Source: Eubacteriales bacterium (GTDB taxonomy: Bacteria > Bacillota > Clostridia > Oscillospirales > CAG-272). From it: DNA of 64,000 nucleotides. Shown here one piece after another: positions 54,713 to 64,000 of the stretch. Under the pieces are notes generated by a model. That model was given only the letters and a program-made list of their open reading frames with translations, searched no databases and was not told the DNA's origin. Position numbers and translations under genes: made by a program. Location: NCBI GenBank assembly GCA_045577925.1, contig JAZNJH010000031.1, forward strand, positions 46,094 through 110,093. The letters are read 5' to 3'. How positions within the stretch are numbered: the stretch's first letter is position 1; the number at the start of each line of letters is the position of its first letter.

Positions 54713-55939
54713 TTAGTCGCCTGAGCGCATTATATCGCCCGGTTTTACTTCAAAAGGAACTTTTACATAAAATTTCATGAACGGATGAGGAGCACTTTCA
54801 AGCGGAAGCATGTTTTCATCAAACATCTCATCAAGAGTTAATCCGCGGCCGCATTTACCGGGAGATATTATTTCTGCGTTTGTTCCCCTGACTGCCTTGT
54901 TTCTTTGAATGAATAGTGCAAGACCACTTTGAGCGTCATAACCCTGTGCAATAGCAAGATACGCCTTTTCACGCAAATACCCGGGTGTTGTACACGTTTT
55001 TGCATCGTCAAGCGGGCGGTCATAATAGAAGCCTGTTGCGTACTCACGGTGGCTTACGCTGTCAAGCTCTTTGGACCACAACGGGTTAAACTTATATTTC
55101 TCGGGATCACGCAGATACTCATCTATCGCCATTCTGTACGTGTTTGTAACGACGGCGGTATAGTAAGCGCTTTTCATTCTGCCTTCGATTTTGAAGCTTG
55201 TTATGCCCGATTTTACAAGCTCAGGAATGTGTTCTATCATACACATGTCTTTTGAACTCATAATAAACGTTCCGTTTTTGTCCTGTTCTAACGGCAAAAC
55301 GTCATCAGGGCGTTTTTCTTCAAAGACTTCAAAGTTCCAACGGCAAGGTTGAGCGCATCTTCCACGATTTGCATCCCTGTTTGTGAAGTGTTGCGAAAGC
55401 AAACATCTTCCGCTGTAAGATATACACATTGAGCCGTGTATAAATGCTTCGAGCTCAAGCTCATCGGGTATATTGGCTCTTATCTTGAGTATCTCGTCAA
55501 AGGTGAGCTCGCGGGCAAGAACTACTCTTTTTGCTCCAAGCTTCATCCACTGTATTGAAGCCTCGGCACTTACTATACTTGCCTGTGTTGATATGTGAAG
55601 TTCTGTGTCCGGTAGGTACTCCTTGACGAGCGCGATGACACCGAGGTCAACACAAATTACAGCATCAGGAGGAGTTGTTGACAAGAAGCTTAAGTACTCG
55701 CGCAGACTTTCGTATTCGTCAGGATGCGGCATCGTGTTAAGCGTAATATAAACGCGTACGCCTCTATCGTGAGCGTACTCTATTGCTTCTTTTAATTCTT
55801 CATTTGTAAAATTATCGGCAGCAGCGCGCATGCCGAAGTCATTGCCTGCAAGATATACAGCATCAGCGCCGTATAATATAGCACTTTTCATTTTTTCAAA
55901 GTTGCCTGCAGGCGACAAAAGCTCGGGTTTGTTTGGCAT
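54713..55939 (-). CDS. Peptidase U32-family protein (collagenase-like; the family includes RNA hydroxylation factors)
   Basis: PELLSPAG start, AVYLAG..FGMRA, HGSMCISYSGRCLLS (U32 signature). Start set to the ATG at 55939, with GAAAGG upstream. Confidence 0.85.
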   Translation of the reverse strand: MPNKPELLSPAGNFEKMKSAILYGADAVYLAGNDFGMRAAADNFTNEELKEAIEYAHDRGVRVYITLNTMPHPDEYESLREYLSFLSTTPPDAVICVDLGVIALVKEYLPDTELHISTQASIVSAEASIQWMKLGAKRVVLARELTFDEILKIRANIPDELELEAFIHGSMCISYSGRCLLSQHFTNRDANRGRCAQPCRWNFEVFEEKRPDDVLPLEQDKNGTFIMSSKDMCMIEHIPELVKSGITSFKIEGRMKSAYYTAVVTNTYRMAIDEYLRDPEKYKFNPLWSKELDSVSHREYATGFYYDRPLDDAKTCTTPGYLREKAYLAIAQGYDAQSGLALFIQRNKAVRGTNAEIISPGKCGRGLTLDEMFDENMLPLESAPHPFMKFYVKVPFEVKPGDIMRSGD

Positions 55940-55956
55940 ACGTATCTGCCTTTCTG

Positions 55957-57141
55957 TCAGTTTATTTTTCCACACTTAAGTTCGTCTAAAAATTCTTCCA
56001 TACGCTCAAGTGCCTGAGATATATGCTTTACAGAATATGCATATGAAATTCTTGCAAAGCCCTCTCCGCAATCACCAAATGCTGTACCTGGTACTATCGC
56101 TACCTTTTTACTGTAAAGAAGTTTTTCGGCAAATTCTTCACTGGAAAGTCCCGATTTGCCAACACTTGGGAAAGCATAAAACGCCCCCTCGGGCTCGAAG
56201 CAGTCAAGACCGATACAGTTAAGTCCGTCAACGAGGAATTTTCTTCTGCGGTTATATTCCTCAGCCATTTCTGCTATGTCTGCGTCCCCGTTTTTCATGG
56301 CTTCAATAGCGGCAAATTGGCTTGTAGTGGGTGCGCACATTATTGCGTATTGATGTATTTTGAGCATTTGATTAACAAGCTCGCGCGGACCTGCGAGATA
56401 ACCGAGTCGCCAGCCTGTCATAGCATACGCCTTTGAAAAACCACTTACTACAATAGTTCTGTCCTTCATCGAAGGAATTGATGCGATAGATGTGTGGCTT
56501 AATCCGTATGTAAGCTCTGCGTATATTTCATCCGATAGAACGACCGCATTTGTCTTTTCAATAACCTTTGCAAGAGCTTCAAGCTCGCTCTTTGTAAGTA
56601 TAGCTCCCGTCGGGTTATTCGGGAAAGGAATAACGATCATTTTTGTTTTAGGTGTAATTGCGGCAGCAAGTGCTTCGGGGGTTAATTTGAAATTATCCTC
56701 TGCTTTTGTTTCAACGAATACCGGTTTGCCATGCGAAAGCTCGACTATTGGTCCATAGCAAACGAACGAGGGCACAGGTATTATAACTTCGTCGTCTGTA
56801 TCGATTATAGCTCTGACAGCTAAATCTATTGCTTCGCTTCCGCCAACGGTTACGATAACCTCGTCTTTGGGCGAGTATTTAAGAGTAAAGCGACGCTCAA
56901 GATATTCTGAAATTGCCTCGCGAAGCGCAGGCATACCGCTGTTTCCCGTATAATAAGTTTTGCCGCCTTCAAGGCTTGTTATAGCTGCATCTCTTATATG
57001 GCGAGGAGTTACGAAATCAGGTTCTCCTACAGTAAGAGATATAACGTCATCCATATCGTTGAGTAAATCAAAAAACTTACGTATTCCCGACGGCTTTATC
57101 TCCAAGATGCGCTTTGGTATAATTTTACTTGACTCTATCAT
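55957..57141 (-). CDS. Class I/II PLP-dependent aminotransferase (aspartate/aromatic aminotransferase-like)
   Basis: GEPDF, NPTGA, SGFSKAYAMTGWRLGY (PLP-Lys). ATGA overlap with the Lrp/AsnC gene. Confidence 0.88.
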   Translation of the reverse strand: MIESSKIIPKRILEIKPSGIRKFFDLLNDMDDVISLTVGEPDFVTPRHIRDAAITSLEGGKTYYTGNSGMPALREAISEYLERRFTLKYSPKDEVIVTVGGSEAIDLAVRAIIDTDDEVIIPVPSFVCYGPIVELSHGKPVFVETKAEDNFKLTPEALAAAITPKTKMIVIPFPNNPTGAILTKSELEALAKVIEKTNAVVLSDEIYAELTYGLSHTSIASIPSMKDRTIVVSGFSKAYAMTGWRLGYLAGPRELVNQMLKIHQYAIMCAPTTSQFAAIEAMKNGDADIAEMAEEYNRRRKFLVDGLNCIGLDCFEPEGAFYAFPSVGKSGLSSEEFAEKLLYSKKVAIVPGTAFGDCGEGFARISYAYSVKHISQALERMEEFLDELKCGKIN

Positions 57142-57617
57142 ATCGAGAACATACCTCTCTCGTCTTTTTGAGGCATATCGTAGATTACGCCTTTGTCCTT
57201 ATACTTTTTGAGAACAAAATGCGTTGCGGTTGCGGTGATGTTATTAAGCGGCGCAAGCTTTCTTGCTACGAACGTTGCAACTTCCTTGAGCGTTTTGCCT
57301 TCGATGATAAGCGCAAGATCAAAGCCGCCCGACATAAGATAGAGCGATTGAACTTCAGGATAGTTATAAATTTTTTCTGCAATTCTGTCGAATCCTCCGT
57401 CGCACTGTGGTGTAACCTTAAGCTCAATAAGTGCGCTTACGTATTCCCTGTCAGTCTTATCCCAGTCTATAATCGTTTTGTATCCGAGAATAACACCGTC
57501 TTTTTCATATGCTTTTATTGCATTTTTTATGTCGCCGACTTCTTTGTCAAGCATTGTTGCAAGCTGTTCCTTTGTAAGAGTGCTGTCGTTTTCAAGTAAT
57601 GTAAGAAGCTTATCCAT
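57138..57617 (-). CDS. Lrp/AsnC-family transcriptional regulator
   Basis: 159 aa. The N-terminal HTH is LLENDSTLTKEQLATMLDKEVGDIKNAIKAYEKDGVI, followed by a C-terminal RAM/ASNC-type domain. AGGAG lies 8 nt upstream of the ATG. Confidence 0.85.
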   Translation of the reverse strand: MDKLLTLLENDSTLTKEQLATMLDKEVGDIKNAIKAYEKDGVILGYKTIIDWDKTDREYVSALIELKVTPQCDGGFDRIAEKIYNYPEVQSLYLMSGGFDLALIIEGKTLKEVATFVARKLAPLNNITATATHFVLKKYKDKGVIYDMPQKDERGMFSI

Positions 57618-59217
57618 TATTTTTCTCCTTTTGTTTTAATACTTTATTTCGTATCAGTTCGGAAGAAAGTCCGTATTTTTCTGCGATATCTCGGGCATAT
57701 GATTTCCCGTCAGGCTTTGCACGTACGATTTCAAAACTGCGTTCGCTTCCTTTTATTCCGGCTACAAGCGTATCCACAAGTACACCGCCTTCAGCTTTGG
57801 CAGTTTCGTTTATTTCTTCTACTCTTGCGGACAACTCATGAAGATGAGTTGAAAAAAGGCATCTGCATTTCACGAGCGAGAATCCGGTGAGCACCTCAGA
57901 AGCTATGTATGATGCTTCATACGATCCCGTTGACGAGAGGGATTCATCAAGTAAAACTAGCGAATATTCACTGACCTTATCAAATATTGTATTCAGACGT
58001 TCGCATTCTTCTCCAAGTCTTCCCTTGTCTATCGTATCTTCAGCTTCGGTTGGAAAATGCGTGTAAACAGACTCTACGGGACTAATTCTTGCTTTGTCTG
58101 CGGTAACGGGCAGACCTAACTGTGCCATAGCCTGAGCAAGACCCAGTGCACAGGTTATGACTGATTTTCCTCCCCTGTTAGGACCTGTCAGAATATATAT
58201 CATACCGTTTTCATCGAAAACAAGATCATTTTTGATCATTTTTGCATCGGTTTTTAACGCCACACAGGGATTATATAGCCCGTAAAGCTCACATTTTTTA
58301 TCTGAAAGCTCGCATATTTCAGGGAAAGTCAGTGTCAGACCGCGATCTTTCAACGCACGGAGAAGCTTTGTGCTTTTGACTAAGAATTCTATTTCCGGTA
58401 TAATTTTCAATAAAAAGTCGGTGTTTTCAAGCACATATGAGCGAACGATAGTACGCCATGATCTTACTGATGATTTAAAAATATCAGAAAGTGCGTTATT
58501 AAGTGCATTACTTAAAGCGAAAAACTGGTTTTCATTCTGTCCTTTTGAACTCGGAACAAGAGGCGCTATGCACGTATAATCGTCATCCTTGAAATCAAGT
58601 CTGAGAATTTTATCAATAACCGTTCCTGATTTGAATTTTTCAGGGTTAAGGCTTATAACGCCGGCATCAGTTGGCCTGAGCTCGTTATCAAGGTTCACAC
58701 CGATTGCTACACTTTTTACTTCGTGTACTTTTGAAGTAAGCTCATCAAGACGTTTGTTAAGTTGCTTATAGTAATCACTATCAGCAAGCTCTTTAACCGC
58801 TTGTGCCATTTTCAAGAAAGCAGAGCTTTTTACTTTATCACAAAGCGGAAGAAAATCGCGTCTGAGCTTTTCTACACATTCTATGTAAAGTTCAATTTCA
58901 GTTATACTGTACAGATAATTTTCTTTAGCTCCGAGTTCGCCCTGAACACGCCTTAATTCCGAAACGTCAGAAAGCATAGGAAGTATATCGAGCAAAAGTG
59001 TCGAAAGCTCAGGTATATCCAGCATATCCTTAACAGTTTCTTGCCTGAACCTGATAGTGTCAACATCAGCAGTAAAGTATTCACTAAGCGATCCGTTTTT
59101 CAGATTTATCAGATAATCAAGTTCGATTGCTTCGATAGTTTCCCTTGATATGTTAACTGAGTCACCACTCAGGTTATCGCATTCGGGATATATCAGACTA
59201 AATGGCTTGTTTATCAT
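57610..59217 (-). CDS. MutS-family ATPase paralogue lacking the mismatch-binding N-terminal domain and lacking Smr
   Basis: MutS domain V is present as Walker A GPNRGGKS, Walker B LLDESLSSTG and the STH motif FSTHLHEL. Upstream is a helical core/clamp-like region. 535 aa. Confidence 0.8.
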   Translation of the reverse strand: MINKPFSLIYPECDNLSGDSVNISRETIEAIELDYLINLKNGSLSEYFTADVDTIRFRQETVKDMLDIPELSTLLLDILPMLSDVSELRRVQGELGAKENYLYSITEIELYIECVEKLRRDFLPLCDKVKSSAFLKMAQAVKELADSDYYKQLNKRLDELTSKVHEVKSVAIGVNLDNELRPTDAGVISLNPEKFKSGTVIDKILRLDFKDDDYTCIAPLVPSSKGQNENQFFALSNALNNALSDIFKSSVRSWRTIVRSYVLENTDFLLKIIPEIEFLVKSTKLLRALKDRGLTLTFPEICELSDKKCELYGLYNPCVALKTDAKMIKNDLVFDENGMIYILTGPNRGGKSVITCALGLAQAMAQLGLPVTADKARISPVESVYTHFPTEAEDTIDKGRLGEECERLNTIFDKVSEYSLVLLDESLSSTGSYEASYIASEVLTGFSLVKCRCLFSTHLHELSARVEEINETAKAEGGVLVDTLVAGIKGSERSFEIVRAKPDGKSYARDIAEKYGLSSELIRNKVLKQKEKNNG

Positions 59218-59316
59218 CAGATTTACGCGCCTTTCTTAAAATAACATAATTATATTTATTATAGCACACTTATCACCTATATGCAATAATAATGAAATAA
59301 AATTAATATTATTTTG

Positions 59317-59352
59317 CAAAAAAAGAGCCGACGTTTTTATATCGGCTCTCTT
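59317..59352 (-). terminator. Rho-independent terminator after the cyclophilin gene
   Basis: On the minus strand, AGAGCCGA, loop, TCGGCTCT is followed by TTTTTTT. Confidence 0.75.
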
Positions 59353-59356
59353 TAAA

Positions 59357-59830
59357 TTATTCTACTATTGTTATTTTTTTGATTACCTGATCAAATCTCG
59401 GTCTGTCCATATGATCGGTTCCTGTTTCTGCAATCTCATCAACAGTTTCTATTCCTTCAACAACATAACCGAATGCGGCATACTGACCGTCAAGAAAACA
59501 GGAATCCTTATGGCAGATAAAGAACTGAGAGCTTGCGCTGTCAAACATCTGGCTGCGAGCCATTGATATAACACCGCGCTTATGCGAAAGGTCATTTTCA
59601 ACACCGTTCGCGGCAAACTCTCCTTTTATGTTTGTTCCGCTTCCACCGCAGCCTGTACCGGTAGGGTCACCACCCTGAATCATGAAATCACGGATAACTC
59701 TGTGAAATATAAGTCCGTCATAAAAACCTTTTTTAACAAGCTCTTCAAAATTTTTGCATGTTATCGGAGCTTTGTCGGGGCAAAGTTCCATTTTTATTGT
59801 ATTGCCGTTTTCCATTTCAATAAGAATCAT
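59357..59830 (-). CDS. ppiB: Peptidyl-prolyl cis-trans isomerase, cyclophilin type
   Basis: FHRVIRDFMIQGGDPTGTG, SMAR, QFFICH. 157 aa. Confidence 0.92.
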   Translation of the reverse strand: MILIEMENGNTIKMELCPDKAPITCKNFEELVKKGFYDGLIFHRVIRDFMIQGGDPTGTGCGGSGTNIKGEFAANGVENDLSHKRGVISMARSQMFDSASSQFFICHKDSCFLDGQYAAFGYVVEGIETVDEIAETGTDHMDRPRFDQVIKKITIVE

Positions 59831-59907
59831 TATTAAATCCTCACTTTCATATATTACGGTAACAGTATAACAAATTTTGTTATTATAGTCAATACATTTT
59901 TAAGACC

Positions 59908-59936
59908 TTGACAATTTTTGCAAAATAAGGTATTAT
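59908..59936 (+). promoter_or_regulatory. Sigma-A promoter for the MFS transporter gene
   Basis: TTGACA, a 17-nt spacer, then TATTAT. GGAGGTG RBS at 59959-59965. Confidence 0.6.
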
Positions 59937-59972
59937 GTTTTTTTGATAGGTATAAATCGGAGGTGCTATTTA

Positions 59973-61199
59973 ATGAGAGATATTTATTCGCTGACAAAAA
60001 AAGCATGTTATATTTCATACACAGTACAGGCAATTGCTGTTAATATTGCACCTTTATTTTTTGTTATCTTCAGAACAAGATACGGCCTTACCTTCACAGA
60101 GCTAGGTTCACTGGTATTGTTTATTTTTCTGACTCAGCTTACAATTGACATAGCATCCATCAAAATAATCGACATGCTCGGTTTCAGATATACCGCTATA
60201 ATCGCAAATACAACTGCAGCTATCGGGCTCATACTCATGGGAATATTACCGCAGATTATTCCCCCGCTCCCTGCGTTAATAATCTCCTCTTTTCTTTACA
60301 GCGTGGGGGCCGGACTTATTGAAGTTGTAATAAATCCGATAGTTGAGGCTCTTCCAAATGAGAATATTGGCTCATCTCTGACGCTTTTACACTCATTTTA
60401 CGGTTGGGGACAAGCATCTGTAATACTGATATCAACGATTATTCTTTATTTTATTACTGATAAATTCTGGTATCTGATTCCAATGCTTTGGGCACTTATA
60501 CCTTTAATAAACGTCCTGCTTTTCACAAGAGTACCAATAATAGAGACTAAAAGCAAAAGTGAAAAGCATTCAGCAGACATACTCAAAAAGCCTGTTTTTA
60601 TTCTCTTTTTGCTTATAATGCTGTGTGGCGGTTCAACGGAAATGGTTATTGCGCAATGGGCATCATATTTTGCAGAAGCCGGACTCGGTGTAGATAAAAT
60701 TGCGGGTGATTTGCTTGGACCATGCATTTTCGGACTAATGATGGCGATCGGACGAACCTTATATAGCGTATTCGGTAAACGTATTCATATATTTAAAGCG
60801 CTTACCATTTGTTCACTCGCAGCATTTTCATCTTATCTTGGCATAGCATTTATCTCGGTTCCGTTGATAGTTATGTTCTTTTTTGCACTAGCAGGATTAT
60901 CATCAAGCCTGCTTTGGCCTGGAACGCTTGCGGCAAGTACAGAGAAGATCAAAGGAGGAGGAACAACGATGTTTGCATTGCTGGCATTTGCCGGTGATGC
61001 CGGTTGCTCACTTGGGCCTTGGATCAACGGCCTGGTTAACGACACCATTCTTTCCAATTCGTCTTTGCAATACATGACATCAGTAGGCTTTTCAGCCGAA
61101 CAAACAGCCTTGAGAGAAGCTATTCTCATAACTGCACTTTTCCCGCTAATCATGCTGATCGCTCTGCCGATAATATCTAAACTCAACAAAAACAAATAA
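59973..61199 (+). CDS. MFS transporter
   Basis: About 12 TM segments. Start set to the ATG at 59973 behind GGAGGTG. No substrate can be inferred. Confidence 0.78.
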   Translation: MRDIYSLTKKACYISYTVQAIAVNIAPLFFVIFRTRYGLTFTELGSLVLFIFLTQLTIDIASIKIIDMLGFRYTAIIANTTAAIGLILMGILPQIIPPLPALIISSFLYSVGAGLIEVVINPIVEALPNENIGSSLTLLHSFYGWGQASVILISTIILYFITDKFWYLIPMLWALIPLINVLLFTRVPIIETKSKSEKHSADILKKPVFILFLLIMLCGGSTEMVIAQWASYFAEAGLGVDKIAGDLLGPCIFGLMMAIGRTLYSVFGKRIHIFKALTICSLAAFSSYLGIAFISVPLIVMFFFALAGLSSSLLWPGTLAASTEKIKGGGTTMFALLAFAGDAGCSLGPWINGLVNDTILSNSSLQYMTSVGFSAEQTALREAILITALFPLIMLIALPIISKLNKNK

Positions 61200-61230
61200 G
61201 GGAATGGCACAGCGCCATTCCCTTATTTTT
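61200..61230. terminator. Bidirectional rho-independent terminator
   Basis: GGGAATGGC, loop ACAGC, GCCATTCCC (9-bp stem), then TTATTTTT. It is T-rich on the other strand too and overlaps the hprK stop codon. Confidence 0.7.
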
Positions 61231-62167
61231 AATTTTCCATATTTTCAAATTGACCCATTATGCGTTTATTGAATTCGACAGCGGTATTGTAACCCATACG
61301 CTTCTGACGGTTGTTCATTGCAGCGATTTCAAGAATAATGGCAAGGTTTCTTCCGGGGCGAACCGGAATAACCGTTGTCGGAATCTCTATTCCGAGAATT
61401 TCCGTAACTTCATTTTCAAGGCCAAGTCTGTCATACATTTTTCCCTGAACCCAAGGCTCAAGATTGACTATCATATCGATTTTTTCGGTTGTTTTCACAG
61501 CACCGATACCAAAAATGCGTTTAACGTCTACAATTCCGATACCGCGAAGTTCAACGTAATGCCTGATTATTTCGGGAGCTGATCCAACAAGCGTCTTTGA
61601 TGAAACTTTTTTGATCTCAACAGCATCGTCGGCGATAAGTCTGTGTCCACGTTTAACAAGCTCAATAGCAGTTTCACTCTTTCCTACACCGCTTTCTCCA
61701 AGAATAAGCATACCTTCTCCATAAACCTCGACAAGTACACCGTGGCGAGTGATTCGAGGAGCAAGGCTTACATTCAATGATGCAATAAGAGCGGCCATAA
61801 ACGTACTCGTTCTTTCCTGAGTACGAAGAAGGGGCACTTCAAAGTATTGTGCGACATCTAACAGTTCATCGAAAATATCAAGTCCTGATGAAACTATAAC
61901 AGCAATAGGCTCTGTTTTGAAAAAATTTGTAAGCGATGCACTTCTCTCGTCACTATCCAGTATTTCAAGATACTTATGCTCTGCTCTTCCGATTATCTGC
62001 ATTCTCGTGGGTTCAAAATGGCCAAAGAATCCGTGAAGCTGAAGCCCCGGACGGTTTACCTCGGTTTTATGAACGAGTATTTCATCAATATTTTCAGGCA
62101 CGTAGATTCTCTCAAGTGAAAATTCGTCTATAAGACTTTTCAACGATATTGAATAGGTGAAATCCAT
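61229..62167 (-). CDS. hprK: HPr kinase/phosphorylase
   Basis: Walker A GESGVGKSETA, LIADD, VELRGIGI signature. Start set to the ATG at 62167 (MDFTY), with GGAGG 5 nt upstream. Confidence 0.93.
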   Translation of the reverse strand: MDFTYSISLKSLIDEFSLERIYVPENIDEILVHKTEVNRPGLQLHGFFGHFEPTRMQIIGRAEHKYLEILDSDERSASLTNFFKTEPIAVIVSSGLDIFDELLDVAQYFEVPLLRTQERTSTFMAALIASLNVSLAPRITRHGVLVEVYGEGMLILGESGVGKSETAIELVKRGHRLIADDAVEIKKVSSKTLVGSAPEIIRHYVELRGIGIVDVKRIFGIGAVKTTEKIDMIVNLEPWVQGKMYDRLGLENEVTEILGIEIPTTVIPVRPGRNLAIILEIAAMNNRQKRMGYNTAVEFNKRIMGQFENMEN

Positions 62168-62346
62168 ACATTCCTCCATTTTATACTCATTATTACAGTT
62201 TTATTATAAGACTTTTTTCATGATATGTCAACGCATTTAATGATATATTTTTATTTTATAAAACTATTGCAAAAATTAGTGAAATATAGTATAATGAAAT
62301 ATCGGTAAAATATATTTTCCAAAATATTCATCGGAGAAATGCGCGA

Positions 62347-63342
62347 ATGAAGATCTCATTAAGAAATTTTTTGATCACGTTTTTTGTTTCTATACTGTTT
62401 TTCGGCGTTGCAGCCTACTTTATTTCAACCTTTGTAACAGCAACACTTACCGATTCTATCGACGGTAACCCGGCAGTATCTCTTGATATAATCACTCAGC
62501 CAATTGAATCAGAGGTTGATAGCGAACAGGATGATATTTTTGCAAATATTAAAGGGGACTCATTTAACTTTGTTATTATCGGAACCGATTATCAGCCTGA
62601 TTTGTTCAACGATTATGAGATTGAGGATTCATATACAGACACATTCCCCGAAAAGCGCAACAGAATATATTCTGCTGATGCTATTGCTGTAATAAGGTTC
62701 GATAAAGAAGGGAGAAAAATTCTCATTTCTTCTATTCCTTCCAATATGCGCCTTAAGGTTGACGGAAGCTTTACGATGCTTGGAGATATATACAGAGAAA
62801 ACGGTTTGGAGTTTTTCTTGGATAAGCTTACTGGTCTGACCGGTTTTGATATAGATAAATATTTTGTTATTGATGTTGCTGATCTTGCACCGCTTGTGGA
62901 CATACTTGACGGAGTTGATTTTTATGTGCCGGAAAATATGAGTTATACAGACCCGTCTCAGGATCTTACGATCGACTTAAAGAAGGGTAAACAACACATA
63001 GATGGAGAAGCCGCTGAGCAGCTGCTTCGTTTTAACGATTACAAGGATACATCCAATTCACGTGAAAAGACAGCTTGCGATTTTATTTTAGCACTTGCTG
63101 ATAAGATATCCGATGTTTCATATATTCAAAAAGCCGTTTCCCTCTTTACTGCATTTGATGAATATATTACAACAAATTACACGTTAGAAGATCTTGCCGA
63201 CAACCTTGATGTCATGGCTCATTACCAAGTTTTTGAAAAAGTAACCAACGTATATCCCGGAAAGCAGATAAGCGTTGGCAAAGAACAATACTATGATCCC
63301 GATATTAAAGATGCTATCGGTGAATACGCAAAATACAGGTAA
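62347..63342 (+). CDS. LCP (LytR-CpsA-Psr) family cell-envelope phosphotransferase
   Basis: An N-terminal TM anchor precedes the LCP-type core (FNFVIIGTD...R.DAIAVIRFD, and VDILDGVDFYVPENMSY...L.KGKQHIDGEAAEQLLRF). Confidence 0.8.
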   Translation: MKISLRNFLITFFVSILFFGVAAYFISTFVTATLTDSIDGNPAVSLDIITQPIESEVDSEQDDIFANIKGDSFNFVIIGTDYQPDLFNDYEIEDSYTDTFPEKRNRIYSADAIAVIRFDKEGRKILISSIPSNMRLKVDGSFTMLGDIYRENGLEFFLDKLTGLTGFDIDKYFVIDVADLAPLVDILDGVDFYVPENMSYTDPSQDLTIDLKKGKQHIDGEAAEQLLRFNDYKDTSNSREKTACDFILALADKISDVSYIQKAVSLFTAFDEYITTNYTLEDLADNLDVMAHYQVFEKVTNVYPGKQISVGKEQYYDPDIKDAIGEYAKYR

Positions 63343-63383
63343 TATTTTATTAGTTAATACATATTAAAACAGGAGAAAAGACA

Positions 63384-64000
63384 ATGAACAACAGCGAAAA
63401 GACAATGGAAAAAGTAGTTGCGTTATGTAAAAACCGCGGCTTCGTTTACAGTGGATCTGAAATCTATGGCGGCCTTGCGAACTCTTGGGACTACGGCCCT
63501 CTCGGCGTTGAACTCAAGAATAATATCAAGCGTGCCTGGTGGAAAAAATTCGTTCAGGAATCACGCTATAATGTTGGTCTTGATTCTGCTATTATAATGA
63601 ACCCCGAAACCTGGGTGGCTTCAGGACACGTTGGCGGATTCTCAGACCCTCTCATGGACTGCAAATCATGTAAGACCCGTCACAGAGCTGACAAGCTTGT
63701 TGAAGATTATATCGCAGAAAACAATCTTGATATTAACCCTAACGGTTGGACTAACGACCAGCTTGCTGCTTATATCAAGGATAACGGTATCGTTTGTCCC
63801 TCGTGCGGCAAGGCTGATTTTACCGATATCCGTAAGTTTAACCTTATGTTCAAAACTTATCAGGGCGTTACAGAGGACTCTTCTTCGGAGCTTTATCTCC
63901 GCCCCGAAACTGCTCAGGGAATTTTTGTAAACTTTGCTAACATCGCAAGAACTACACGTAAAAAGCTTCCCTTCGGTGTTGGTCAGATCGGTAAGTCTTT
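63384..64000 (+). CDS. glyQS: Glycine--tRNA ligase (alpha2 GlyQS type), 5' part, continues past the window
   Basis: ATG at 63384 behind AGGAG. Translation is [53 protein letters not shown]...[12 protein letters not shown]. It is absent from the track because no stop falls inside the window. Confidence 0.93.
   Translation, partial: MNNSEKTMEKVVALCKNRGFVYSGSEIYGGLANSWDYGPLGVELKNNIKRAWWKKFVQESRYNVGLDSAIIMNPETWVASGHVGGFSDPLMDCKSCKTRHRADKLVEDYIAENNLDINPNGWTNDQLAAYIKDNGIVCPSCGKADFTDIRKFNLMFKTYQGVTEDSSSELYLRPETAQGIFVNFANIARTTRKKLPFGVGQIGKS

Noticed and set aside
55940-55975. A 12-codon N-terminal extension of the U32 ORF that overlaps the aminotransferase gene.
   Set aside because: The internal ATG at 55939 has a GAAAGG SD at suitable spacing and gives the usual PELLSPAG N-terminus. 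The longer form has no SD.
1-64000. A scan of the whole window for CRISPR arrays, rRNA/tRNA genes, transposases, prophage modules and known defence-system signatures.
   Set aside because: The only repeat array I could see by eye is the 12-bp coding repeat at 39386-39493. No spacer-repeat architecture is present, and no intergenic region is long or GC-rich enough for rRNA or a typical tRNA cluster. I recognised no recombinase or phage structural motifs. A tRNAscan/Infernal run would be needed to exclude small RNAs formally.

Overview
This window looks like ordinary chromosome from an AT-rich, endospore-forming Firmicute of class Clostridia. The gene set and synteny feel Oscillospiraceae/Ruminococcaceae-like, but that is an impression from memory and not a search result. 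I support about 64 protein-coding genes, tightly packed and mostly housekeeping. They include glcK, dpaA/dpaB, pcrA, trpS, ldh, mntP, truA, ecfA1A2T, ruvCAB, polA and a Clp ATPase. They also include rsmI, topB, lepB, prfB, split transketolase, tpiA, pgk, uppP, hprK and glyQS, plus sigma-A-type promoters and rho-independent terminators readable by eye. I saw no rRNA, tRNA, CRISPR array, integrase, transposase, phage module or recognisable defence system. No intergenic gap exceeds about 350 bp. I therefore cannot claim a clear novel multi-gene system. The most unusual element is an unlisted 47-codon plus-strand ORF at 39377-39520. It has its own RBS and terminator and encodes an almost pure Asn/Gln repeat peptide, (N-Q-N-x)x9, built on nine tandem 12-bp units. 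Weaker leads are:
- an orphan adenylating-ligase/carrier-protein pair coupled to a NERD protein and PcrA;
- an operon of three small uncharacterised proteins;
- a PD-(D/E)XK-like ORF in an AT-rich islet;
- a Clp ATPase with an N-terminal 4-Cys ribbon;
- two polytopic membrane proteins wedged between lepB and topB in a six-gene array;
- a truncated MutS paralogue overlapping an Lrp/AsnC gene;
- prfB without its programmed frameshift;
- a Pgk with an insertion of about 37 residues.
All family calls rest on motifs I recognise in the supplied translations. No database search was run.
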